Positions 48,669-57,548 of a stretch of DNA of 64,000 bases are shown piece after piece (the stretch's first letter is position 1; every line of letters begins with the position of its first letter). The notes under the pieces are model-generated. The model saw nothing but the letters and a program-made list of their open reading frames with translations, was not told the DNA's origin and ran no database searches. The stretch is from an uncultured virus (IMG/VR IMGVR_UViG_3300006916_000047). Lineage: Duplodnaviria > Heunggongvirae > Uroviricota > Caudoviricetes. Position numbers and translations under genes: made by a program. The stretch lies in IMG/VR virus record IMGVR_UViG_3300006916_000047; one strand, given 5' to 3'.

Positions 48669-48880
48669 TCATTCATTTTGGGGTAGCGACAAAGCACAAC
48701 CATATGGCTTTGTTTTCCAAATTTTTTTATTTGCATAACCATTTAATTCTATCGTTTTAATGTATATATTAGCCTATTAAACATATAATTAACACATTAT
48801 AACCTTCTGCGCCGCCCACAATACCTCTAAATGGGCCTCGCCCTGCGACAAGTATATATCCGGCTTCTCGTTAGGGTCAT

Positions 48881-49135
48881 TTGATAGCGGTGTCCTCGGC
48901 AACAGATGATATGGTGCTATCTACTATTCAAGCCATCTCCAAAGAAGCAAAACAACTCCGCCAAAATATGCTAAAAGCGAAGCGCAATACCAAAAAGGCC
49001 ACTACCGAAGAGACTGATAAACTTAAAAGTCTATTAAAACAATTGAATTCTTTTAGCGCAGATATTAAAAGAATATACTTACATTTATATTCTAACCCTC
49101 AAACAAAATTAACTGATTATAGTAATAATGAATAG
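48881..49135 (+). CDS. Hypothetical coiled-coil protein with PIP-like tail
   Basis: ...PQTKLTDY near the C-terminus; start uncertain. Confidence 0.4.
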   Translation: MIAVSSATDDMVLSTIQAISKEAKQLRQNMLKAKRNTKKATTEETDKLKSLLKQLNSFSADIKRIYLHLYSNPQTKLTDYSNNE

Positions 49136-49229
49136 ATTTTTATCCTGTTAATACAATGAAAAACTTTTTAATTTTTGCGCAAGTGCCAAAAAAATTCCGA
49201 GCCAATTTTTGAGAAAAGAGTTGATTAAA

Positions 49230-49499
49230 ATGAAATGGACAGATATTGTTAAACAAGGGCCTGCTTTTTCAAATTTGAGAGAGTTGGTTAAAGAAATGTT
49301 TGATAGCATTAATAAGGGTGAAATTGGAAAATACCTAGATGAAATGGAAGCAAATCTTATGGACGAAAAAGTAGTTGATGAATTAGAATATTTTGAAATT
49401 TATGGTTCTGTGGAAGAGTTATACGAGCATTTAAACAAGGTTGAAGATTCAATTAAAAAGACGCATATGTTATTCAACCAACAGACGGATGAGATTTGA
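49230..49499 (+). CDS. WxxILK-leader protein
   Basis: MKWTDIVK. Confidence 0.65.
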   Translation: MKWTDIVKQGPAFSNLRELVKEMFDSINKGEIGKYLDEMEANLMDEKVVDELEYFEIYGSVEELYEHLNKVEDSIKKTHMLFNQQTDEI

Positions 49500-49541
49500 A
49501 AAAATTCCGCCAAAAATTTTTGAGAAACTTTAGGTGATATT

Positions 49542-49775
49542 ATGTGGAAAGATGATTTAAAGAAATCTAATTATTATAACTACGGTATTCCGAGCGAAAG
49601 GGATAAAGCCGAAATGGAACATTACTCCGAGCAATACTCCGAGGATTTGAAAGGGCTTACGGCAGATTTAGTTTCGGAATTACAAGAAGTTCTTAGAGGA
49701 AAAGTGACCATTGGAAAATTGAGAAGAGTCTTTAAACGGTTCGGAATAGAATTTGATGATTATAACATTGAGTGA
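49542..49775 (+). CDS. WxxILK-leader protein (variant)
   Basis: MWKDDLKK. Confidence 0.65.
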   Translation: MWKDDLKKSNYYNYGIPSERDKAEMEHYSEQYSEDLKGLTADLVSELQEVLRGKVTIGKLRRVFKRFGIEFDDYNIE

Positions 49776-49801
49776 AAATTCCGCTAACAGGGTGTGATAT
49801 T

Positions 49802-50158
49802 ATGTGGAAAGGCATTTTGAAAAGCGGATTTGTCATTTGGGCTAAAGTGGATGATGGTGGTTCTTGGGTTGAATTAGCGAGGGAAGGCGGCTCAAGGGAG
49901 AATGCCTTTCAAGTTGTTAAAAGAGAGGCCAAAAAGATGAAGAGGGTTGCAGTAGGTAGTGCTTCGGAAGGAAAGGTTGTATCTATGGATGATGGTATTT
50001 TTGAGAATATCACGGAACAAGTCATCTATTATGTCATTAAGCCTTTGGGAGATTCTGCTCCCGACCCTTCATACATTCCCGATACGAGTGAAACTACAAC
50101 TTCTTCGGGGACTGAACGCAGATTGCGTGGCGATTTTGGAACGAGTGAAAGATACTAG
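49802..50158 (+). CDS. WxxILK-leader protein
   Basis: MWKGILKS. Confidence 0.65.
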   Translation: MWKGILKSGFVIWAKVDDGGSWVELAREGGSRENAFQVVKREAKKMKRVAVGSASEGKVVSMDDGIFENITEQVIYYVIKPLGDSAPDPSYIPDTSETTTSSGTERRLRGDFGTSERY

Positions 50159-50166
50159 GTGAGATT

Positions 50167-50469
50167 ATGTGGAAAAGCATTCTTAAGGACGATTTGCCAG
50201 ATTATCTCAAAAAGCCCGATTTGGGTTTTATGGGCCGTTCTCCCGATAGGGGTGTGCCGGATATGGATGATGTCGTTAGACGCTACAATGAATTGAGCGA
50301 AATGGCTTTAGAAATTAGGGATATGGTGCGAACCATTCGTTCAAGTGGATTTGAGCGTGATATGCGGGGCGGAAATAGGTACAAATATGCAGAGGCCTTT
50401 GCTAAAGAAATTGAGGATGCTTTGGGCCAATTAGAACAATTGGATATTGAAACTCATGGTGGTAATTAA
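50167..50469 (+). CDS. WxxILK-leader protein
   Basis: MWKSILKD. Confidence 0.65.
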   Translation: MWKSILKDDLPDYLKKPDLGFMGRSPDRGVPDMDDVVRRYNELSEMALEIRDMVRTIRSSGFERDMRGGNRYKYAEAFAKEIEDALGQLEQLDIETHGGN

Positions 50470-50470
50470 G

Positions 50471-50734
50471 ATGGCAGATTGGAGAGAGCAACTTAGGGCT
50501 AATATGGGCCTAAGCAATAAAACAATAGAAACGCTCTATGAAGTGCTGAGGTATAATCCTAACCTCCCCCTACAATCCATTTATTCGGCTCTGCAACAAA
50601 GAGGCCTTAAGAAAATCACCACCAAGCGGCTTAGAAAATATATGGCTAATGACCCCAAAATTGGTAGAAAGCAGGATTTGAGTAGGTTTAGTCATAGACC
50701 TATGGTGTATTATTTGAAGGAGGAAGCAAAATGA
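50471..50734 (+). CDS. Winged-helix-like basic protein with weak leader variant
   Basis: MADWREQLR; helix pattern ending YYLK. Confidence 0.55.
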   Translation: MADWREQLRANMGLSNKTIETLYEVLRYNPNLPLQSIYSALQQRGLKKITTKRLRKYMANDPKIGRKQDLSRFSHRPMVYYLKEEAK

Positions 50735-51105
50735 CATGGAAAGAGGTATTGAAGGCAGAGAAGCAACAGTTTGAGAAGAAGGGCGCAAAGCCCGACTACA
50801 TAGACATTGACGGCGATGGAAACAAAACCGAGCCTATGAAGGAAGCGGCGAAGGATGCCAAAATGAAGAAGTCTAAAGCGGCTGACTCACTATACACGGA
50901 AGAGGAGGCACTTCAAGCGGCAAAAATAGAAGCCAAAATGACGGGCAAGGTTCAACTTGTTGGGTATGTAGGTGGAGACAAATATGCCGTGGAAAGCAAC
51001 TACTTGGGTTTTAGTTTTTACAATCCAGATTACTCCCATGCCTATGATACCAAATACACGGTTTCGCCCGATGGTAAGGTTAAGCGGCTAATTCAGGGGA
51101 GATAA
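50731..51105 (+). CDS. WxxILK-leader protein with DxDxDG motif
   Basis: MTWKEVLK; KPDYIDIDGDGNKTEPMK. Confidence 0.65.
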   Translation: MTWKEVLKAEKQQFEKKGAKPDYIDIDGDGNKTEPMKEAAKDAKMKKSKAADSLYTEEEALQAAKIEAKMTGKVQLVGYVGGDKYAVESNYLGFSFYNPDYSHAYDTKYTVSPDGKVKRLIQGR

Positions 51106-51214
51106 ATATGACCCGATGCCGCTACCTTGATGCTTGGTTTGATGAGGAGTCCAAGAAAGTTGATAAGGCAGAGGCCAAGAGCAAGAAGTGTTTCGCTACT
51201 GGGGGGAAGAAGAA

Positions 51215-51391
51215 ATGAGTTGGAAAGACATTCTCAAATATTGCGAATATCATAGAAATCCACCCGAACCTATTCCAGCAAAAGAAGAAGAAAAGATGGT
51301 TGGAGCAATCACAACCGCAACACCAAACATTACAAGAGTTTCATATTCACAAAGGAGGAAGAAGCGTGGTAAAGAAGACGAAGAAGAATGA
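51215..51391 (+). CDS. WxxILK-leader micro-protein
   Basis: MSWKDILK. Confidence 0.6.
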   Translation: MSWKDILKYCEYHRNPPEPIPAKEEEKMVGAITTATPNITRVSYSQRRKKRGKEDEEE

Positions 51392-52901
51392 GATTATTAT
51401 TGATGGCAATACCTATACCCAAGAATTTAGTAATCTTGATTTTGTCAAGGATTACGAAACATGGGAAGACACCTGTAAAGGCGTTAGCGGGGATGCTATG
51501 TTCGTAGAAAATGTCCCAACTCTCTACGATTTTTTAGAGAATCACATTTTTGACAATGTTCGGGATGGCTCAGTTAATGCAGGTAAAGATGATGGAAGCA
51601 TAGGTTCTATCGCTATCTTGAACAGCATTAAGGACATCATGGAAGGGAGAGTAATCACTCAAAAAGACCTTGAGGACATCAAGGAACTTTATTCGGATTT
51701 GCGAGACATGAAAGATAACGGTACAGAGGGGGCAGCCCTAGACCCCAAATTGATTCTTTTTACCGAAAAAATTTACGATAAGGACGGTAAGAAAACTATT
51801 GGTCAAGAAGATAGGTATGGGCATTACAGAACCCCCGAATATGTTAAAAGAAGAAATGCAAAGGATGGGGGCAGTAGAGAACCTGCGCCTTCCGGCTGGT
51901 ATTCAGGAGCAGGAAACCCTCCGAGTTTTGCCCTATTTAGCGAAAGTGCAAATGAATTCGCAAACCCAAAGGGACTTGTCTATATTTTGGAGGACGCCAT
52001 AGAAGAACTAGAAAAGGGCCAAAAGAACACAATTGATATTGGTCGTCTTTCGGGTAAGGGAGCAGTGGACAAATTAGCGGGTATTGCCTCAGTAGAAAAA
52101 TACTTCAATAAAGCGATAAACAATAAAGTGTTTTGGAGAGGCGGCAAATTGAAAGTTGCAGGGCTTGGGAAAGATGTCAAAACCAAGGACTTTTCCGTAA
52201 GCCCAAAGGAAGTGAAGGCTCTTTTAGCCGCCGTGAATCCTCCCAAGGATAAGGTTCCTGCTGGAAGGATTACTGGTTTTACCATGTCTCTAACCGGAAC
52301 CCCTCTTATTTTATTCATCAAATCTGCTTTAGAAAGTGCTAGTAAGAACAAGGGTGGAGATGGATATAGAGCATGGACGGATAAAGGACAGTTTGATTAT
52401 CGTAAAACTGCAAAAGAAGTTTATGGTGAAGATACTGGGCGATTTAAGCCAGACCAAAAAGTTATTTCAAAAAGTTGGATGGAAATTCTTAAGCAAGGGC
52501 TTAGTGAAAGGGACATAGAAAATTTTGTTTATAGTATTGAGGATTCCATTGAAAATATTGTTGCAAAAATGTTTAAAAAGAAATACGAAGCAGGAAGGCA
52601 TCCCTTTGGAGATTACATAGTTCATATTAGAAAAACTTCTTTGACTGTTCCTGAAATGGCGGCAGTTAGCAACCTTGCTTTCAAATATGAATTTGAATAC
52701 GATGATGGTAAAGACTCGCTTGCTTTTGCTTCTTGTTTTATTGCAGGAACGGATGACAGGCAAATTAACGATTTATTCTTTGATGCTTCGGATTCGGAAT
52801 TTGATATTGAATATAGTGGCGATTTTATGAAACTGCCTAATGTCAAAGAAAGAATGAATGATGTTAGAGACGGGTTGAGAGAACTTATTGATAGGTTGTG
52901 A
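51300..52901 (+). CDS. Hypothetical protein with internal WxxILK motif
   Basis: Internal KSWMEILK near 52473 precedes a distinct acidic C-terminal domain; true start may be GTG near 51366. Confidence 0.65.
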   Translation: MEQSQPQHQTLQEFHIHKGGRSVVKKTKKNEIIIDGNTYTQEFSNLDFVKDYETWEDTCKGVSGDAMFVENVPTLYDFLENHIFDNVRDGSVNAGKDDGSIGSIAILNSIKDIMEGRVITQKDLEDIKELYSDLRDMKDNGTEGAALDPKLILFTEKIYDKDGKKTIGQEDRYGHYRTPEYVKRRNAKDGGSREPAPSGWYSGAGNPPSFALFSESANEFANPKGLVYILEDAIEELEKGQKNTIDIGRLSGKGAVDKLAGIASVEKYFNKAINNKVFWRGGKLKVAGLGKDVKTKDFSVSPKEVKALLAAVNPPKDKVPAGRITGFTMSLTGTPLILFIKSALESASKNKGGDGYRAWTDKGQFDYRKTAKEVYGEDTGRFKPDQKVISKSWMEILKQGLSERDIENFVYSIEDSIENIVAKMFKKKYEAGRHPFGDYIVHIRKTSLTVPEMAAVSNLAFKYEFEYDDGKDSLAFASCFIAGTDDRQINDLFFDASDSEFDIEYSGDFMKLPNVKERMNDVRDGLRELIDRL

Positions 52902-52906
52902 TATTT

Positions 52907-53572
52907 ATGGCCGTTAATCGTAAGCGTTGTGGTTTTTGTCAGCATGAAAATCGTGCTGAATTAGAACAGGCTCTTGAATCAAGGGCCATCACTTGCGATG
53001 AATTAGATATGCAGAATGGATGGAGAAGCGGAACGGCGGCTCAACATCAACGAAACCACATGGGCGATTTTGAAATGTCGTCAAACCCAAAGTGCGCCGT
53101 CTGTATTGACCCTATGAGAAAGCATTATGAAACGGCTCTCCATAGTGGAGATATAACTTCGGAGGCAATCGCTCAAGCACTTGACACCACGAAAGCGCAA
53201 GTGCAACGCCACATGAAGCACCACTTGACACCGATTGTTCAAGAGAATGCGGCCATGATGATTGCGAAAAAGGAAGTTAATGAGGTTGATATGTTGGCTA
53301 ACAATGTTCAGCGTTTAGACCACCGTTTAGACCAAGTGTTCAATGAATTAGGCAATGATTTAGACCCTAAGATGATTGATGCACTTACCAAGTTAGCCAG
53401 AGAAATCCGTGAGTCTTTGAAGTATATGATGGAATTTAAGGGCAAACTTGTTCACAAGAGGCAAGACACTATCGTTATCGCACAGATGCAAATTGTTCAA
53501 GAAGTGCTTGCACAGAACAATCCTGAGATTTGGCTGGATATTAAAAGTAAAATGCAGGAGAGATTACAATGA
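52907..53572 (+). CDS. Tandem Zn-finger/HTH protein, putative terminase small subunit
   Basis: Two CxxC...HxxxH units followed by coiled coil; upstream of terL in the head module. Confidence 0.5.
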   Translation: MAVNRKRCGFCQHENRAELEQALESRAITCDELDMQNGWRSGTAAQHQRNHMGDFEMSSNPKCAVCIDPMRKHYETALHSGDITSEAIAQALDTTKAQVQRHMKHHLTPIVQENAAMMIAKKEVNEVDMLANNVQRLDHRLDQVFNELGNDLDPKMIDALTKLAREIRESLKYMMEFKGKLVHKRQDTIVIAQMQIVQEVLAQNNPEIWLDIKSKMQERLQ

Positions 53573-53778
53573 GTTGGCAAGATATATTGAAAAACAAAAA
53601 TAATATGAATTTTATTACTCAACAAAGAAAGTATTTAGAAAGCACAACTGCATTGACTGAAGAACAAAAAGCAAAGTTAGAAGATGCTCTTGATGCTATG
53701 CAACCTTTTGTCAATAGAGAAAACTTTCATGACAAATACATTAAACCTTATTTGGAAATGCAGGAGAGATTACAATGA
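53569..53778 (+). CDS. WxxILK-leader cassette protein
   Basis: MSWQDILK; ends MQERLQ like the upstream gene. Confidence 0.7.
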   Translation: MSWQDILKNKNNMNFITQQRKYLESTTALTEEQKAKLEDALDAMQPFVNRENFHDKYIKPYLEMQERLQ

Positions 53779-54014
53779 GTTGGCAAAATATAATTAAAGA
53801 AGACAAAACGGAATTAAAACGAAGAAACATTCAACGCGCTAATAGTTTGTTTAACCAAAAAGGCCGACAGTATGCTGATAAATTCGGAGGGCAAACTAAC
53901 GCTAAATACGATGCTATGGCTCGGATGGTTAAAGAATTAGAATTTCCCAGAACTTTTAACGATGACGAGAAATTTTTTAAACTATTTGATAGAATAACTT
54001 TTTTATTAGCGTAA
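53775..54014 (+). CDS. WxxILK-leader cassette protein
   Basis: MSWQNIIK. Confidence 0.7.
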   Translation: MSWQNIIKEDKTELKRRNIQRANSLFNQKGRQYADKFGGQTNAKYDAMARMVKELEFPRTFNDDEKFFKLFDRITFLLA

Positions 54015-54029
54015 GCAGGAGAGATTACA

Positions 54030-54413
54030 ATGAGTTGGGAAGATATATTAAAGAATCAAAGTTTTGCGTCTATTGTGGCCCGCCTTAAAAAACTAGATGG
54101 AGAAAATACAAAAACAGAAGTAAGAATTTCAGAAAACATCCCTAAAGAATTAGAAAATATGGTTATGGATATGATTAGAAAGAAAAAATATACCGATGTA
54201 AAATCTGTAAAATATAAAGATTATATTATTGTCTATAATAAACATACAGATACATCTATTGACTTCGCTGAGCCGTTTCATGGTTTTAATGGAGAAACTT
54301 TGGTAATTTCTAAAAGAACACCGGTATATTCTAATATGGCAGGGTATCCAATAAAAATTATTAAATTGGGAATTTTTGAACAAGATGGGCAACCAAGATT
54401 AATAGAGGAATGA
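54030..54413 (+). CDS. WxxILK-leader cassette protein
   Basis: MSWEDILK. Confidence 0.7.
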   Translation: MSWEDILKNQSFASIVARLKKLDGENTKTEVRISENIPKELENMVMDMIRKKKYTDVKSVKYKDYIIVYNKHTDTSIDFAEPFHGFNGETLVISKRTPVYSNMAGYPIKIIKLGIFEQDGQPRLIEE

Positions 54414-54418
54414 TTACA

Positions 54419-54625
54419 ATGAGTTGGGAAAAAATACTCAAAAAGGATTTCTTGCAGGTTTCGGAGGCACTTAAAGAAGCCCAAAAAAGAGCCAAAGAAA
54501 CAGGCAAAACCCAATATGTTATTGCTGAATCAGATTATGGTGGCTCAGCAGAATATACAATACATACAGAAGATATTTCCTTTAGAAGCCCTAATTTAGT
54601 ATTATATGAAAAGGTAGAACCATAA
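54419..54625 (+). CDS. WxxILK-leader cassette protein
   Basis: MSWEKILK; EALKEAQKRAKETGKTQYV resembles EALQAAKIEAKMTGKVQLV in 50731..51105. Confidence 0.7.
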   Translation: MSWEKILKKDFLQVSEALKEAQKRAKETGKTQYVIAESDYGGSAEYTIHTEDISFRSPNLVLYEKVEP

Positions 54626-54642
54626 ATGCAGGAGAGATTACA

Positions 54643-54918
54643 ATGAATTGGGAAAAGATATTAAAAGCAAATGATGCTGGAGTGAAAAGACTAAAAGGAC
54701 TAGTAGGAAAAGAAGGAAAATTAGAAGATATTATGGAAATGATAAATAAGGAGTTTGGTGTTAAAACTAAAATTATTTATGATTCTTCTTCACAGCCTGT
54801 TCTTGGTTTTGAGTTGCCTTTTTATGTTAGATGTGAAATGGGAACAAGAGATAACCCCAGCACTACTGAAGAATTTACTGTCAAACTTGTAGGAATTAAT
54901 GAAAGTAAAATTAAATAA
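54643..54918 (+). CDS. WxxILK-leader cassette protein
   Basis: MNWEKILK. Confidence 0.7.
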   Translation: MNWEKILKANDAGVKRLKGLVGKEGKLEDIMEMINKEFGVKTKIIYDSSSQPVLGFELPFYVRCEMGTRDNPSTTEEFTVKLVGINESKIK

Positions 54919-54935
54919 ATGCAGGAGAGATTACA

Positions 54936-55217
54936 ATGAGTTGGGAGGATATTCTAAAGGTGGCAGAAAGAACTTTTGTTATAGAATCTTATTCACCAGA
55001 AAATGAGCCATATAAGGACATTGAATTAAACGCTTTTATTACTGCTAAAGAATTAGATATTGATGAAGATGCTACACAAGAAGATATTGAACATGAATTG
55101 CTTGAATGGATGGGTGATAATATTGGGCGGATTCAAGGTTATGTTTGGCATGAAATTACTACTGAAGGGAAGAAGCGAAATTGGTTAAACCCAAAAACTG
55201 ATTACGATATGGTTTAA
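54936..55217 (+). CDS. WxxILK-leader cassette protein
   Basis: MSWEDILK. Confidence 0.7.
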   Translation: MSWEDILKVAERTFVIESYSPENEPYKDIELNAFITAKELDIDEDATQEDIEHELLEWMGDNIGRIQGYVWHEITTEGKKRNWLNPKTDYDMV

Positions 55218-55246
55218 GGAGAGGTAAGAATGCAGGAGAGATTACG

Positions 55247-55501
55247 ATGAGTTGGGAAAACATAATTAAAGGCGAAAGAGAATATTCTTTTTATTTAAAA
55301 CAAATTGAAAAAATACAAGAACTACTGGATAGGTTGTATGAAGATATTGAAAAGGCGGCGGTTAAGATGAATCAAGAAACTGGCTATCCTTTAGAAGATG
55401 CAAGAAAACTTATTGAAGGGATGCAGGACGACACCATTAAACAGGCTGAAGCCACATTAGAAGAATTTAAAAAGAAACTACAAGATTCTATGAGAGATTG
55501 A
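55247..55501 (+). CDS. WxxILK-leader cassette protein
   Basis: MSWENIIK. Confidence 0.7.
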   Translation: MSWENIIKGEREYSFYLKQIEKIQELLDRLYEDIEKAAVKMNQETGYPLEDARKLIEGMQDDTIKQAEATLEEFKKKLQDSMRD

Positions 55502-55502
55502 T

Positions 55503-57548
55503 ATGGTTTGGGAAAGCATTCTCAAAAAGATGCCCAAAGACAGGGCTGATTTTGCTAAAATTATTACTGATGATTTTAGATTCAATAAATTGCTTTCCAC
55601 TCTTGATAGATATGAGGCTGCTAATAGGCAAATTCCTGCAAATGCAACAATTAAAGATATGTTGCGAAGGTATGAAAATAATACCATGACTCCCGAAATA
55701 ATTCTTGCACTAGGAGATGCAGAATACCCAAAAGAAAAGTTGGAAGAGAATATTAAAACCCTACTAGACAGAGTTTCATATAAAGATGCTAATATGAATA
55801 AAAGGATTCTTGAAGAAGGGCTGGAACTTTTAGAGAGAAGAGACTCTGGCGAGATAACAGAAAATGAATTAGACCGGCTTTCTAAAATTTATCAAGAGAT
55901 TTTAGAAATTGACTTCGGGGAACAAGGGCAATCTTCAAGAAGAACAAGCACTAGAAATATGCAAGCACAAAGAAATACTTTTTTGAGCAACTTTTCGGAT
56001 TTTATTTTGACTTTTGCCAACACGGGTGAGAATTTTGAAGAAAAAGTTGGCAAATTTGCCAGAAAAATGCCCCCTATTGGTGAAAATGGCCAAAGGGTGA
56101 GGCTTGGACAAGTCATTGATGGCAAACTCTTCACTAAATTCAAGGATGGAGCCGAATTTTTAGCCTACGCTAGACAAAATAAGGACGCATTCAATGAATT
56201 GGTTCGTCCTTTTGGTCCTAATTTGTCTGCTTTAGGAACAAAAGCACCAGAAAAGGGCGCAAAAGCAAAATTACAGGAACTTCATGCTAAAAAAGTTGTA
56301 TTTGAGCCTGCCAACATCAACTCAATTACCGAAGTTAATGGTTATTTTGATGTTATTGCTCAATTACCTGGAAAAAAGGGCATATTTATGCCAAGAGGTT
56401 CAAAAACAAAGGGCGCAACCGCCTACATTCCACCCTCTGTCTTTCTTTTGAAAGAAGACGGGGCAGACATCAATAGGGCAAGAAGTGGAATATCAACATT
56501 AAGGCTAAACCCATATGCAAATCGTATTCTTTTGAGTGGTTTTACGAAAGACACTTGGTTTGCTGACTTGTTTAGGGGCGTAAAGATGAAATTGACTTCG
56601 GATAGCGAAGCCGAGTCCATTTTATATGAAGATATTAGTAGGGCCTATGAAAAAGAAGAAACAGAATATGTTGATGCGAGTGATTTTGTAGATTTGGAGA
56701 ACTTATCCGACAATAAGCAAACTCGTAAGACCCAAATTGAAAGGTTTATTGAAAGAAATGATTTAAGAACCGAAATGAATGCCCTTCTTGGAAACATTAA
56801 AGAAGAAAGGTTTGGAAAAGATACGAAGAACCTTACAATCAGAGAGGCCAAGAGAATTGAAGACTTTTGGAAAGGATTAACAAAGGACACCATAGAAGAC
56901 TATGATTACATAGATGATTTTAATGTTGCTGATAACGAAGATGGCGGAATTGGTGAACTTGATTTGAAAAGAGTGGGTGATTCTTTTGAAATTAAATATA
57001 GAGGGGCCGGAGAAGAAAAATCCGAAAAAATAGGGGTTGCCGAGTTGATGCAAGTGCTTGAGCCATTCGGCTATGAGCAAGAAAGCAAAATGAAAAGAGT
57101 CCGTGATTATTTGGGTCGTGAAGAACCCTTTGAATCTTACATGATGAGTCTTTCAAGTGAAGAAATTAACGAAGCGGTTGAAGCAGGGTCGGGGTCAAGG
57201 GCGTTTATGGATAGGATAGACCCACTCAACAGCCTGTCCTTTTTGAGCAATCTCAATGAGATGATGTATGGGCGAAAGGATGCAGGGTATGTCAAGAAAA
57301 ACTTATTAGCGATAGCCTCCGAACAGAATCCATCCAAGAAGGGCGAACTTATCAAAGAACTAAATGATAAGATGTTGATTTTGCTTAGAGATATGACTGA
57401 ATTTCTGTTTGAAACAATAGAGGATAGATTAGAAATTATCGGTAAAGACTATCTAAAGCAAAGTTCTGCTTCTCAACATAAGGCAATGTTAATGGCACTT
57501 AAATTATTCAAAGACGCGAATTTATTGACAGGAGGAGTTGAATTATGA
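55503..57548 (+). CDS. Large helical protein with WxxILK leader (candidate internal virion protein)
   Basis: 681 aa, MVWESILK. Confidence 0.65.
   Translation: MVWESILKKMPKDRADFAKIITDDFRFNKLLSTLDRYEAANRQIPANATIKDMLRRYENNTMTPEIILALGDAEYPKEKLEENIKTLLDRVSYKDANMNKRILEEGLELLERRDSGEITENELDRLSKIYQEILEIDFGEQGQSSRRTSTRNMQAQRNTFLSNFSDFILTFANTGENFEEKVGKFARKMPPIGENGQRVRLGQVIDGKLFTKFKDGAEFLAYARQNKDAFNELVRPFGPNLSALGTKAPEKGAKAKLQELHAKKVVFEPANINSITEVNGYFDVIAQLPGKKGIFMPRGSKTKGATAYIPPSVFLLKEDGADINRARSGISTLRLNPYANRILLSGFTKDTWFADLFRGVKMKLTSDSEAESILYEDISRAYEKEETEYVDASDFVDLENLSDNKQTRKTQIERFIERNDLRTEMNALLGNIKEERFGKDTKNLTIREAKRIEDFWKGLTKDTIEDYDYIDDFNVADNEDGGIGELDLKRVGDSFEIKYRGAGEEKSEKIGVAELMQVLEPFGYEQESKMKRVRDYLGREEPFESYMMSLSSEEINEAVEAGSGSRAFMDRIDPLNSLSFLSNLNEMMYGRKDAGYVKKNLLAIASEQNPSKKGELIKELNDKMLILLRDMTEFLFETIEDRLEIIGKDYLKQSSASQHKAMLMALKLFKDANLLTGGVEL

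Larger units (their letters stand above)
44380..48712. repeat. Array of 10 palindromic sites CAAAG-N4-7-ACCATATGGT-N3-9-CTTTG delimiting 9 gene units
   Basis: Core at 44380, 44796, 45183, 45563, 46024, 46729, 47179, 47887, 48366 and variant ACCATATGGC at 48699; site 1 lacks the left CAAAG arm. Confidence 0.92.
53552..55255 (+). repeat. Direct repeat (AT)GCAGGAGAGATTACAATGAGTTGG in front of each small gene
   Basis: Copies at 53552, 53758, 54015, 54412 (partial), 54626, 54919, 55230. Confidence 0.9.

Noticed and set aside
44380..48712. CRISPR array
   Set aside because: Intervals are 333-708 bp and contain genes; the conserved core is only 10 bp; no cas operon.
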